Below, piece after piece: positions 56,946 through 64,000 of a stretch of DNA of 64,000 bases (positions are counted from its first letter, which is position 1; every line of letters begins with the position of its first letter). The position numbers and the translations under genes are program-made. This DNA is from Occultella glacieicola (GTDB taxonomy: Bacteria > Actinomycetota > Actinomycetes > Actinomycetales > Beutenbergiaceae), in assembly GCF_004353825.1 (NCBI RefSeq), contig NZ_SMNA01000001.1, forward strand, positions 62,001 to 126,000, read 5' to 3'. Under the pieces are notes generated by a model. The model made no database searches. It was not told where the DNA came from and saw only the letters and a program-made list of their open reading frames with translations.

Positions 56946-57236
56946 TCAGGAGGCGGCCGCTGCGGGCTCCCGCGGGAACCGCTTCTCGGAGCGCGCCTTG
57001 GCCTTCGCGGCTTCCTCCTCGCGGTTCTTCGGGGGCGCCGTGGTGACCAGGTCGGCGAGCAGGTGCTCGGTGATGTGCGTGATCTCGGCGACGGCCCGGT
57101 CGAACGCCTCGGCGTTGGCCTGGGACGGCTTGTTCATCCCGCTGATCTTGCGGACGAACTGGAGCGCGGCGTCGTGCACCTCGCCGGACGTCGCGTGCGG
57201 CTCGAAGTTGTGCAGGGGGCGAATGTTTCGACACAT
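56946..57236 (-). CDS. DUF2277 family protein
   Basis: MCRNIRPLHNFEP, AALQFVRKISG..KPS.AN.EAF signature. Confidence 0.88.
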   Translation of the reverse strand: MCRNIRPLHNFEPHATSGEVHDAALQFVRKISGMNKPSQANAEAFDRAVAEITHITEHLLADLVTTAPPKNREEEAAKAKARSEKRFPREPAAAAS

Positions 57237-57333
57237 CCCTCGAGGGTGCCACGCGGATCCGAGTCAGGTCCAGAGGCAGGTCCAGAGGCTCAGCGCGGCA
57301 TTTCCGGAAGCGGGGACCGTTGCGGTACCTGGG

Positions 57334-57406
57334 TGGAGCCAGCGGGACTCGAACCCGCAACCCCCTGCTTGCAAAGCAGGTGCGCTACCAATTGCGCCAT
57401 GGCCCC
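57334..57406 (-). tRNA. tRNA-Ala (TGC)
   Basis: GGGGCCA...TGGCTCC-A acceptor with G3:U70; CCTGC-TT-TGC-AA-GCAGG anticodon arm. Confidence 0.96.
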
Positions 57407-57433
57407 GTGTGAAGTTGTCCGGGCCGGATCGGC

Positions 57434-57553
57434 TCAGGGCAGCGGGTCGGTGACCTCGGCCCACAGATCCCGCTCGGTGCGGTCCGCGGCGAACTTCCGC
57501 CAGAGGACGTAGCCGGCGACGGCCACTGCCGCGACCGTGAGGAACTTCTTCAT
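57434..57553 (-). CDS. DLW-39 family small protein (39 aa)
   Basis: Translates to MKKFLTVAAVAVAGYVLWRKFAADRTERDLWAEVTDPLP; lies between tRNA-Ile and tRNA-Ala; absent from the ORF track. Confidence 0.85.
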   Translation of the reverse strand: MKKFLTVAAVAVAGYVLWRKFAADRTERDLWAEVTDPLP

Positions 57554-57582
57554 GACCTGCCACCTTCCAGATCCGCCGAACG

Positions 57583-57656
57583 TGGGCCTAGCTGGACTCG
57601 AACCAGCGACCTCTTCCTTATCAGGGAAGCGCTCTAACCGACTGAGCTATAGGCCC
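57583..57656 (-). tRNA. tRNA-Ile (GAT)
   Basis: GGGCCTA/TAGGCCC acceptor stem; CTTCC-CT-GAT-AA-GGAAG anticodon arm. Confidence 0.96.
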
Positions 57657-57731
57657 GGATCCCCGCAGTTCCACGCGGGGGCGCCGGAGTGAGACTACCT
57701 CAGGCGCGGGGCCAGAGCCAAAACGCGAAAC

Positions 57732-58334
57732 TCAGTCGTCGGTGAGCGTGAGGTGCAGTCCGCCCACCATTGCGGCGACAATGTTGTACACGAAGGCTCC
57801 GAGCGTGCTCAGGGCTGTGAGCAGAACCACATCGACGACCGCCACCACGGTCGCCACGGAGATCACGCGGGAGAACTCGAGGTACTCCAGGAGCGGACCG
57901 AACACGTCGCCTGCCTCGGCGTCGTTGATGATCCCCTCGATACTCGCGAACACCGCCATCTCGTTCAGCACACCCCAGACGACGGCGGTCGCGACGACGA
58001 TCCCGATCCCGACCGCGATCGAGAGCAGGAACGAGATCTTCATCGCCGACCACGGGTCGATCCGGGAGATCGCCAGGCGGACCCGGCGCGGGCCGGAGGT
58101 CGGCTGGCTCGACGTGGTCGGCCTGCCGCCGGTCCTCCCCGAGCCCGGCTGCGTTGCGCTCTTGCGCTGCGGCGGAGCCTCGGCACCTGCTTCGAGCCGC
58201 ACGGCGCCGGTCTTCGCGTCGCCGGCGGGCCGGATGCTCGGCGGCCGTTCTCCCTGGGCCTGGCCACCCAGGGTGGTCCGGGTCGAGGTGCGCACCGGTG
58301 CACCCGTGGTGTTCCCCTGGGTGTTCTCGGTCAT
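57732..58334 (-). CDS. DUF3566 domain membrane protein
   Basis: PRRVRLAISRIDPWSAMK, YNIVAAMVGG; directly downstream of gyrA. Confidence 0.9.
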   Translation of the reverse strand: MTENTQGNTTGAPVRTSTRTTLGGQAQGERPPSIRPAGDAKTGAVRLEAGAEAPPQRKSATQPGSGRTGGRPTTSSQPTSGPRRVRLAISRIDPWSAMKISFLLSIAVGIGIVVATAVVWGVLNEMAVFASIEGIINDAEAGDVFGPLLEYLEFSRVISVATVVAVVDVVLLTALSTLGAFVYNIVAAMVGGLHLTLTDD

Positions 58335-60985
58335 CAGCTGCCTTCCTGCTCGCCGTCGGCGGCGTCGGCGGCCGCGCCGCCGTGCTCACCCGAAGACGGT
58401 ACGCCATCGGGGGACTGCGCCGCTTCCTCGGGCTCGGCCGTGACGTCCGACTCGACGACCACCTCCTCGACCACGGCCTCGACATTCCGGGCGATCGCAA
58501 TGATCCGGTCGCCGTTGTCCGGCTTGGCGAACGTCACACCCTGGGTGTTTCGTCCGGTGAGGTTCACCTCCGAGACGGGAACACGCACGATCTTGCCCCG
58601 CTCCATGATCACCAGGACCTCATCCTGCGGCCCGGTGATCAGCGCGCCCACCAGATCCCCGCGGGCCTCCACGAGGTTCGCCACCTTGATGCCAAGTCCC
58701 CCACGTCCCTGGACCCGGTACTCGTCCACGCGGGTGCGCTTGCCGAAGCCGCCCTCGGTGACCACGAACAGGTCGCTGCCGGGCTGGACCACGTCCATCG
58801 AGAGCAGCGAGTCGTCGCCGCGGAACTTCATCCCGGTGACCCCGGACGTGGCGCGTCCCATCGGCCGGAGCGCGTCGTCGGTCGCAGTGAACCGGAGCGA
58901 CTGCCCCTTGCGGGAGACGAGCAGCAGGTCGTCATCGGAGTTCACGAGCCGCGCCGAGACCACCTCGTCCGGGTTGCCCTCGGCGTCGGTGCGCAGATTG
59001 ATCGCGATCACGCCGCCGGTCCGGGTGGAGTCGTACTCGCTGAGCCGGGTCTTCTTGACCAGACCGCTCCGGGTGGCGAGCACCAAGTGCTCGGCCTGTT
59101 CGTAGTCGCGGATCGCCAGGACCTGCGCGATCCGCTCGTCGGGCTGGAAGGCCAGCAGGTTCGCGACGTGCTGGCCCTTCGCGTCACGGCCCCCCTCCGG
59201 CAGCTCGTACGCCTTCGCCCGATAGACCCGGCCGAAGTTCGTGAAGAACAGGAGCCACTGGTGCGTCGTGGTCACGCCGAAGTGATCGACGATGTCGTCA
59301 CCGCGCAACTGTGCGCCGCGCACCCCCTTGCCGCCCCGGTGCTGCTGGCGGTAGTTGTCGGTGCGGGTGCGCTTGGCGTATCCACCGCGGGTGATCGTGA
59401 CGACCACGTCCTCCTCGGGGATCAGGTCCTCCATCGACATCTCGCCGTCGAACGGCAGGATCGTCGTGCGGCGCTCGTCACCGTAGCGGGCCACGATCTC
59501 GTCGAGCTCGGCGCCGACGATGTCCCGCTGCCGCGCCTCGGAGCCGATGATGTCCTTGTAGTCGGCGATCTCGGCCTCGATGGCGGCGAACTCGTCGAGG
59601 ATCTTCTGCCGCTCGAGGGCTGCGAGCCGGCGCAGCTGCATCTCCAGGATGGCATTCGCCTGGATCTCGTCGATCTCCAGCAGCTCCATCAACCCGGTGC
59701 GGGCGACCTCGACGGTGCGCGAGGCCCGGATCAGGGCGATGACCTCGTCCAGGGCGTCGAGCGCCTTGATGAGACCGCGCAGGATGTGGATGCGGTCCTC
59801 CGCGCGGCGCAGCAGCCACTCGGTCCGCCGCACGATCACGTCGATCTGGTGGTGCACCCAGTGCCGGATGAAGGCGTCCAGGCTGAGCGTGCGCGGCACC
59901 CCGTCGACCAGGGCGAGCATGTTCGCGCCGAACGTGTCCTGCAGCTGCGTGTGCTTGTACAGGTTGTTCAGCACGACCTTCGCGATCGCGTCCCGCTTGA
60001 GGACGATCACGAGTCGCTGCCCGGCGCGCCCGGAGGTCTCGTCGCGGATGTCGGCGATGCCCTGCACCCGGCCGTCCCGGACCAGATCGGCGATCTTGGC
60101 GGCGAGGTTGTCCGGGTTCACCTGGTAGGGCAGTTCGGAGACCACGAGGCAGGTACGGCCCTGGAGTTCCTCGACCTCGACCACGGCCCGCATCGTGATC
60201 GAGCCCCGACCGGTCCGGTAGGCGTCCTCGATGCCGCGGTGGCCCAGGATCTGCGCGCCGGTGGGGAAGTCCGGGCCCTTGATCCGCTGCAGCAGGGCCT
60301 CCAGGAGGTCCTCGGCGCTCGCGCCGGGGTTGTCCAGGAGCCAGCGCACGCCGTCGGCAACCTCACGCAGGTTGTGCGAAGGGATGTTCGTGGCCATCCC
60401 GACGGCGATCCCCGACGAACCGTTGACGAGCAGGTTCGGGAACCGTGCCGGCAGCACGACCGGCTCGCGGGTGCGACCGTCGTAGTTGTCACCGAAGTCG
60501 ACGGTGTTCTTCTCGATGTCGCGGACCATCTCCATGGCCAGCGGCGCCATCTTGCACTCGGTGTACCGGGGTGCCGCGGCCGGGTCGTTGCCGGGTGAGC
60601 CGAAGTTGCCCTGCCCGTTGATCAACGGGTAGCGCAGCGACCAGGGCTGGACCAGGCGCACCATCGCGTCATAGATGGCGGTGTCGCCGTGTGGGTGGAA
60701 CTGACCCATCACGTCGCCGACCACGCGTGAACACTTCGAGAACGCCGAGTCCGGCCGGTATCCACCATCGAACATCGCGTAGATGATCCGACGGTGCACC
60801 GGCTTGAGCCCGTCGCGGACTTCGGGCAGTGCCCGCCCGACGATCACGCTCATCGCGTAGTCGAGGTAGGACCTCTGCATCTCGAGCTGGAGGTCGACCT
60901 GTTCGATGCGGTCGTGGGTGACGACGGCGTCCGCGCCGGAGTCGTCGTTCGGACCGGTCGGGGGCATGGGTGGTTGCTCGCTCAC
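58334..60985 (-). CDS. gyrA: DNA gyrase subunit A
   Basis: [33 protein letters not shown], GyrA box QHRGGKG. Confidence 0.98.
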   Translation of the reverse strand: MSEQPPMPPTGPNDDSGADAVVTHDRIEQVDLQLEMQRSYLDYAMSVIVGRALPEVRDGLKPVHRRIIYAMFDGGYRPDSAFSKCSRVVGDVMGQFHPHGDTAIYDAMVRLVQPWSLRYPLINGQGNFGSPGNDPAAAPRYTECKMAPLAMEMVRDIEKNTVDFGDNYDGRTREPVVLPARFPNLLVNGSSGIAVGMATNIPSHNLREVADGVRWLLDNPGASAEDLLEALLQRIKGPDFPTGAQILGHRGIEDAYRTGRGSITMRAVVEVEELQGRTCLVVSELPYQVNPDNLAAKIADLVRDGRVQGIADIRDETSGRAGQRLVIVLKRDAIAKVVLNNLYKHTQLQDTFGANMLALVDGVPRTLSLDAFIRHWVHHQIDVIVRRTEWLLRRAEDRIHILRGLIKALDALDEVIALIRASRTVEVARTGLMELLEIDEIQANAILEMQLRRLAALERQKILDEFAAIEAEIADYKDIIGSEARQRDIVGAELDEIVARYGDERRTTILPFDGEMSMEDLIPEEDVVVTITRGGYAKRTRTDNYRQQHRGGKGVRGAQLRGDDIVDHFGVTTTHQWLLFFTNFGRVYRAKAYELPEGGRDAKGQHVANLLAFQPDERIAQVLAIRDYEQAEHLVLATRSGLVKKTRLSEYDSTRTGGVIAINLRTDAEGNPDEVVSARLVNSDDDLLLVSRKGQSLRFTATDDALRPMGRATSGVTGMKFRGDDSLLSMDVVQPGSDLFVVTEGGFGKRTRVDEYRVQGRGGLGIKVANLVEARGDLVGALITGPQDEVLVIMERGKIVRVPVSEVNLTGRNTQGVTFAKPDNGDRIIAIARNVEAVVEEVVVESDVTAEPEEAAQSPDGVPSSGEHGGAAADAADGEQEGS

Positions 60986-60999
60986 GTTCGTTTCCTTAC

Positions 61000-63045
61000 T
61001 CAGACGTCCAGGAAGCGCACGTCACGGGCGTTGCGCTGGATGAAGGACCGGCGCGATTCGACGTCCTCGCCCATCAGGATGGAGAAGATCTCGTCGGCTC
61101 CGGCCGCCTCGCCGATGGTCACCTGGCGCAGGGTGCGGGTGGCCGGGTCCATCGTGGTCTCCCAGAGCTCCCGATAGTCCATCTCGCCGAGACCCTTGTA
61201 CCGCTGGATCCCGCCGTCCTTCGGGAGGCGGTGGTTCTTCGCCAGGCCCTCGGCCACGAGGGCGTCGCGCTCCCGGTCCGAGTACACGTACTGGTGCGGC
61301 GAGTTCGTCCACTTCAGCCGGTACAGCGGCGGCATCGCCAGATATACGTGCCCGCGCTCGATGAGGGGGCGCATGTACCGGAACAACAGCGTCAGGAGCA
61401 GCGTGGCGATGTGCTGACCGTCGACGTCGGCGTCGGCCATCAGCACGATCTTGTGATAGCGCAGCTTCGTGATGTCGAAGTCCTCGCCGAAACCGGTGCC
61501 GAACGCCGTGATCAGCGCCTGGACCTCCATGTTCGCGAGGGCCTTGTCGATCCGCGCCTTCTCGACGTTCAGGATCTTTCCGCGGATCGGCAGGATCGCC
61601 TGGGTCTCGGGGTTTCGTCCCTGCACGGCCGAGCCGCCGGCCGAGTCCCCCTCGACGATGAAGATCTCGGAGATCGTGGCGTCGCGGCTAGAGCAGTCGC
61701 GCAGCTTGCCCGGCATACCGCCGCCCTCGAGCAGGCCCTTGCGGCGGGTGGCCTCGCGGGCCTTGCGGGCCGCCATCCGGGCCGCCGAGGCCTGGATCGA
61801 CTTCCGGATCACGTCCCGGGCCTCGGCCGGGTGGGACTCGAGCCAGCCTCCGAGCTGGTCGAACACAACCTTCTGGGTGAACGTGCGGGCCTCGGTGTTG
61901 CCGAGCTTCGTCTTCGTCTGACCCTCGAACTGCGGCTCGCCGAGCTTGATGGAGATGACGGCGGTGAGGCCCTCGCGGATGTCCTCACCGGTGAGGTTGT
62001 CGTCCTTCTCCTTGAGCAGGTTCTTCTCGCGGGCGTACCGGTTGATCAGCGTGGTCAACGCGGACCGGAAACCCTCCTCGTGCGTACCGCCTTCCGAGGT
62101 GTTGATCGTGTTCGCGTAGGTGTGCACGCTCTCGGAGTAGGCGCCGGTCCACTGCAGCGCGATCTCGAGGGAGATCTTGCGCTCGGTGTCCTCGGACTCG
62201 AAGTCGATGATCTCCGGGTGGACCATCTCGGTGCGCTTGGCTGCGTTGAGGTGCTTCACGTAGTCGACGAGGCCGCCGTCGTACCGGTAGGTGACCGACC
62301 GGGAGTGCTCATCGGCCTGTTCCACAGCGGTGTCCTCGGAAGGGCCGGCCACCTCGTCGCCGGTGTCCTCGGCGACCACCCGCTCGTCCGTCAGCGAGAT
62401 ACCCAGGCCCTTGTTCAGGAACGCGTACTGCTGGAACCGGGCCCGCAGCGTCTCGTAGTCGAACTGGGTCGTCTCGAAGATGTCGTCGTTCGGCCAGAAA
62501 GTGACGGTGGTACCGGTGTCCTCGGTGTCCTCACCCCTGGCCAGGGGGGCCATCGGGACGCCGTCGCCGTAACTCTGTCGCCACACGCTGCCCTGGCGAC
62601 GAACCTCGACGTCGAGACGTCCCGACAGTGCGTTCACCACGGAGACGCCGACGCCGTGCAGCCCACCGGAGACGGCGTAGCCACCACCGCCGAACTTCCC
62701 CCCGGCGTGCAGCACGGTCAGCACGACCTCGACGGCCGGCTTGCCCTCGGACTCCACCACGTCCACAGGGATCCCGCGACCGTTGTCACGGACCCGGAGG
62801 CCGCCGTCAGCCAGCAGGGTCACGTCGATGTGGTCGCAGTATCCGGCCAGTGCCTCGTCGACCGAGTTGTCGACCACCTCGTACACGAGGTGGTGCAGTC
62901 CCCGCTCACCGGTCGAGCCGATGTACATGCCGGGGCGCTTGCGCACCGCCTCGAGTCCCTCCAGGACCGTGATATTGCTGGCGTCGTAGCTCGTGGGCCC
63001 CGAGTTCTGTGCTTCGGTTGCCGGCTCAGTTGTGTCGTCAGCCAC
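61000..63045 (-). CDS. gyrB: DNA gyrase subunit B
   Basis: [58 protein letters not shown] upstream of GTG 63045. Confidence 0.98.
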   Translation of the reverse strand: MADDTTEPATEAQNSGPTSYDASNITVLEGLEAVRKRPGMYIGSTGERGLHHLVYEVVDNSVDEALAGYCDHIDVTLLADGGLRVRDNGRGIPVDVVESEGKPAVEVVLTVLHAGGKFGGGGYAVSGGLHGVGVSVVNALSGRLDVEVRRQGSVWRQSYGDGVPMAPLARGEDTEDTGTTVTFWPNDDIFETTQFDYETLRARFQQYAFLNKGLGISLTDERVVAEDTGDEVAGPSEDTAVEQADEHSRSVTYRYDGGLVDYVKHLNAAKRTEMVHPEIIDFESEDTERKISLEIALQWTGAYSESVHTYANTINTSEGGTHEEGFRSALTTLINRYAREKNLLKEKDDNLTGEDIREGLTAVISIKLGEPQFEGQTKTKLGNTEARTFTQKVVFDQLGGWLESHPAEARDVIRKSIQASAARMAARKAREATRRKGLLEGGGMPGKLRDCSSRDATISEIFIVEGDSAGGSAVQGRNPETQAILPIRGKILNVEKARIDKALANMEVQALITAFGTGFGEDFDITKLRYHKIVLMADADVDGQHIATLLLTLLFRYMRPLIERGHVYLAMPPLYRLKWTNSPHQYVYSDRERDALVAEGLAKNHRLPKDGGIQRYKGLGEMDYRELWETTMDPATRTLRQVTIGEAAGADEIFSILMGEDVESRRSFIQRNARDVRFLDV

Positions 63046-63168
63046 GTTCTTCTGGCTCTCCTCATCGTCATCGAGGCACGCGCGCGGCACCGCTCGGTTG
63101 AGTGAGGTGCCTGCGTGCCGGCCCAGGACCACAGGCGTTTGAACCACTTGCCCCCGGACGGTCGCTCG

Positions 63169-63241
63169 ATTCTACTCCGAATCCGCGAGAACTCCGAATA
63201 TCCACAGAAGTTATCCACAGCGTGTCGTGGTCTGGGGACAA
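63169..63241 (-). promoter_or_regulatory. Putative gyrB promoter (TCGGAG-N17-TAGAAT) with adjacent DnaA boxes
   Basis: -10 at 63174-63169 and -35 at 63197-63192; boxes ATATCCACA 63198, TTATCCACA 63211 (perfect), TGGGGACAA 63233. Confidence 0.6.
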
Positions 63242-63364
63242 GGCACCCGAGGGACGCTGTGGACCGGGTCCCGTGCAGCCCGTCAGGAGGGCGGCAGGAA
63301 GGTGGTCACGAGGTCGAGCGCAGGTCGGAGTGCAGGTCGAGGGCAGGTAAGTGCAGGGACCCGA

Positions 63365-63958
63365 TCAGCCGTAGGTGTCGCGCGGCCCACGCCCCCGCAC
63401 CGAACGGGGGCCCTTCCGCCAGCTCGGGCCGCCCGGCCCGAGCACCTGGATCGACGTGACCACCCCGTCGCCGACCTCCTCGGCGAGGCGGCGCTCCAAC
63501 TGGGGCAGCAGCAGGCGGATCTGGGTGGCCCACGCAGTCGAGTCGGCCCGCACCACGAGAGCCCCCTCGTCGAACGTCTCCGGCTCGCAGTGATCGGCGA
63601 TCTGGTCGCCGACCACCTCCCGCCATCGACCGACCACGCCCCCGATCGACAGCGGTTGGTTCCACCCGAGCTGACCCCGCAGGGACTCGAGGGCGGAGCC
63701 GATCATCCGCGGATCGCGCCCCGTCCCGTGCCCCGGCGCCGGCGTCGCCACCGTCCCACGCCCGCGCCGGCCGGCCCTGCCGGCACTGCCGGTGCCACCG
63801 GGGGCCAGACCCTTGGCCCGGGCGGCGTCCCGGGCACGGGCGAGCGCACTCCTCGCCGCCGCGTCGACGTCGGGCTCCTCGGCCGCCGGGGCTGCCGAAG
63901 CCCTCGGTGACCCGTCCTCCGGAGCGGCCCGGCCGCCCTCGGGCAGGTCAGCGGACAC
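63365..63958 (-). CDS. DciA / DUF721 family protein
   Basis: RDPR, W..VVG.QIADHC.P, STAWATQ, GP..PSW.KG..SVRGRGPRDTYG; lies between recF and gyrB. Confidence 0.9.
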   Translation of the reverse strand: MSADLPEGGRAAPEDGSPRASAAPAAEEPDVDAAARSALARARDAARAKGLAPGGTGSAGRAGRRGRGTVATPAPGHGTGRDPRMIGSALESLRGQLGWNQPLSIGGVVGRWREVVGDQIADHCEPETFDEGALVVRADSTAWATQIRLLLPQLERRLAEEVGDGVVTSIQVLGPGGPSWRKGPRSVRGRGPRDTYG

Positions 63959-64000
63959 GGGTGACCGCACCGTCCATCACGTCGTACCGAGCGCCGGCCA
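63948..64000 (-). CDS. recF: RecF, C-terminal end (partial)
   Basis: Reads ...AGARYDVMDGAVTRVR-stop; matches the canonical recF-DUF721-gyrB order. Confidence 0.7.
   Translation of the reverse strand, partial: AGARYDVMDGAVTRVR

Noticed and set aside
58154..63105. Very long plus-strand ORFs (814 and 711 aa) antisense to gyrA/gyrB, and similar shadows elsewhere (e.g. 10183-12654, 24753-27437, 51292-53370)
   Set aside because: Typical stop-poor antisense frames of high-GC coding DNA; no recognisable motifs, and they fully overlap well-supported genes.
63198..63266. oriC
   Set aside because: Too few boxes and no AT-rich unwinding element; the actinobacterial oriC normally flanks dnaA, which lies beyond the window end.
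63310..63357. Short GCAGGTC(G)AG-like tandem repeats between the DUF721 gene and gyrB
   Set aside because: Degenerate, irregularly spaced 10-12-nt units; no function can be supported.

Overview
High-GC actinobacterial chromosome, most likely Micrococcales (inferred from gene content and order). The window lies next to the replication origin; oriC and dnaA should lie beyond position 64000. The right part (about 36.6-64 kb) is the conserved origin-proximal core: recF 3' end, DciA/DUF721, gyrB, gyrA, DUF3566, tRNA-Ile, DLW-39, tRNA-Ala, ppiA, rhomboid, crgA, DUF881, class E sortase, pabA/trpG, the fhaA-fhaB-pstP-rodA-pbpA-pknA-pknB operon and tRNA-Leu. It also holds a small variable insert (argS, GH35, NUDIX). 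The left part (1-36.3 kb) is accessory, with glycan and sugar-acid catabolism genes and singletons. The most notable element is a minus-strand cluster at 6982-14862. It encodes a TetR regulator, two ferritin-like diiron-fold paralogs (one with intact ligands, one degenerate), a fatty acyl-CoA reductase-HAD phosphatase fusion, an SDR, a PlsC-type acyltransferase and an alkyl-DHAP-synthase-like flavoprotein. By family assignment this is a complete counterpart of the eukaryotic acyl-DHAP ether-lipid pathway; the function is inferred, not shown. Other signals: a cluster of about nine DnaA boxes downstream of crgA, stand-alone Tudor-like and EF-Tu domain II proteins, an EF-hand loop inside a phosphoribosyltransferase, a dispersed REP-like repeat and readable operators. 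No CRISPR array, integrase or transposase was seen. All product calls come from motif recognition by eye; no database search was run.
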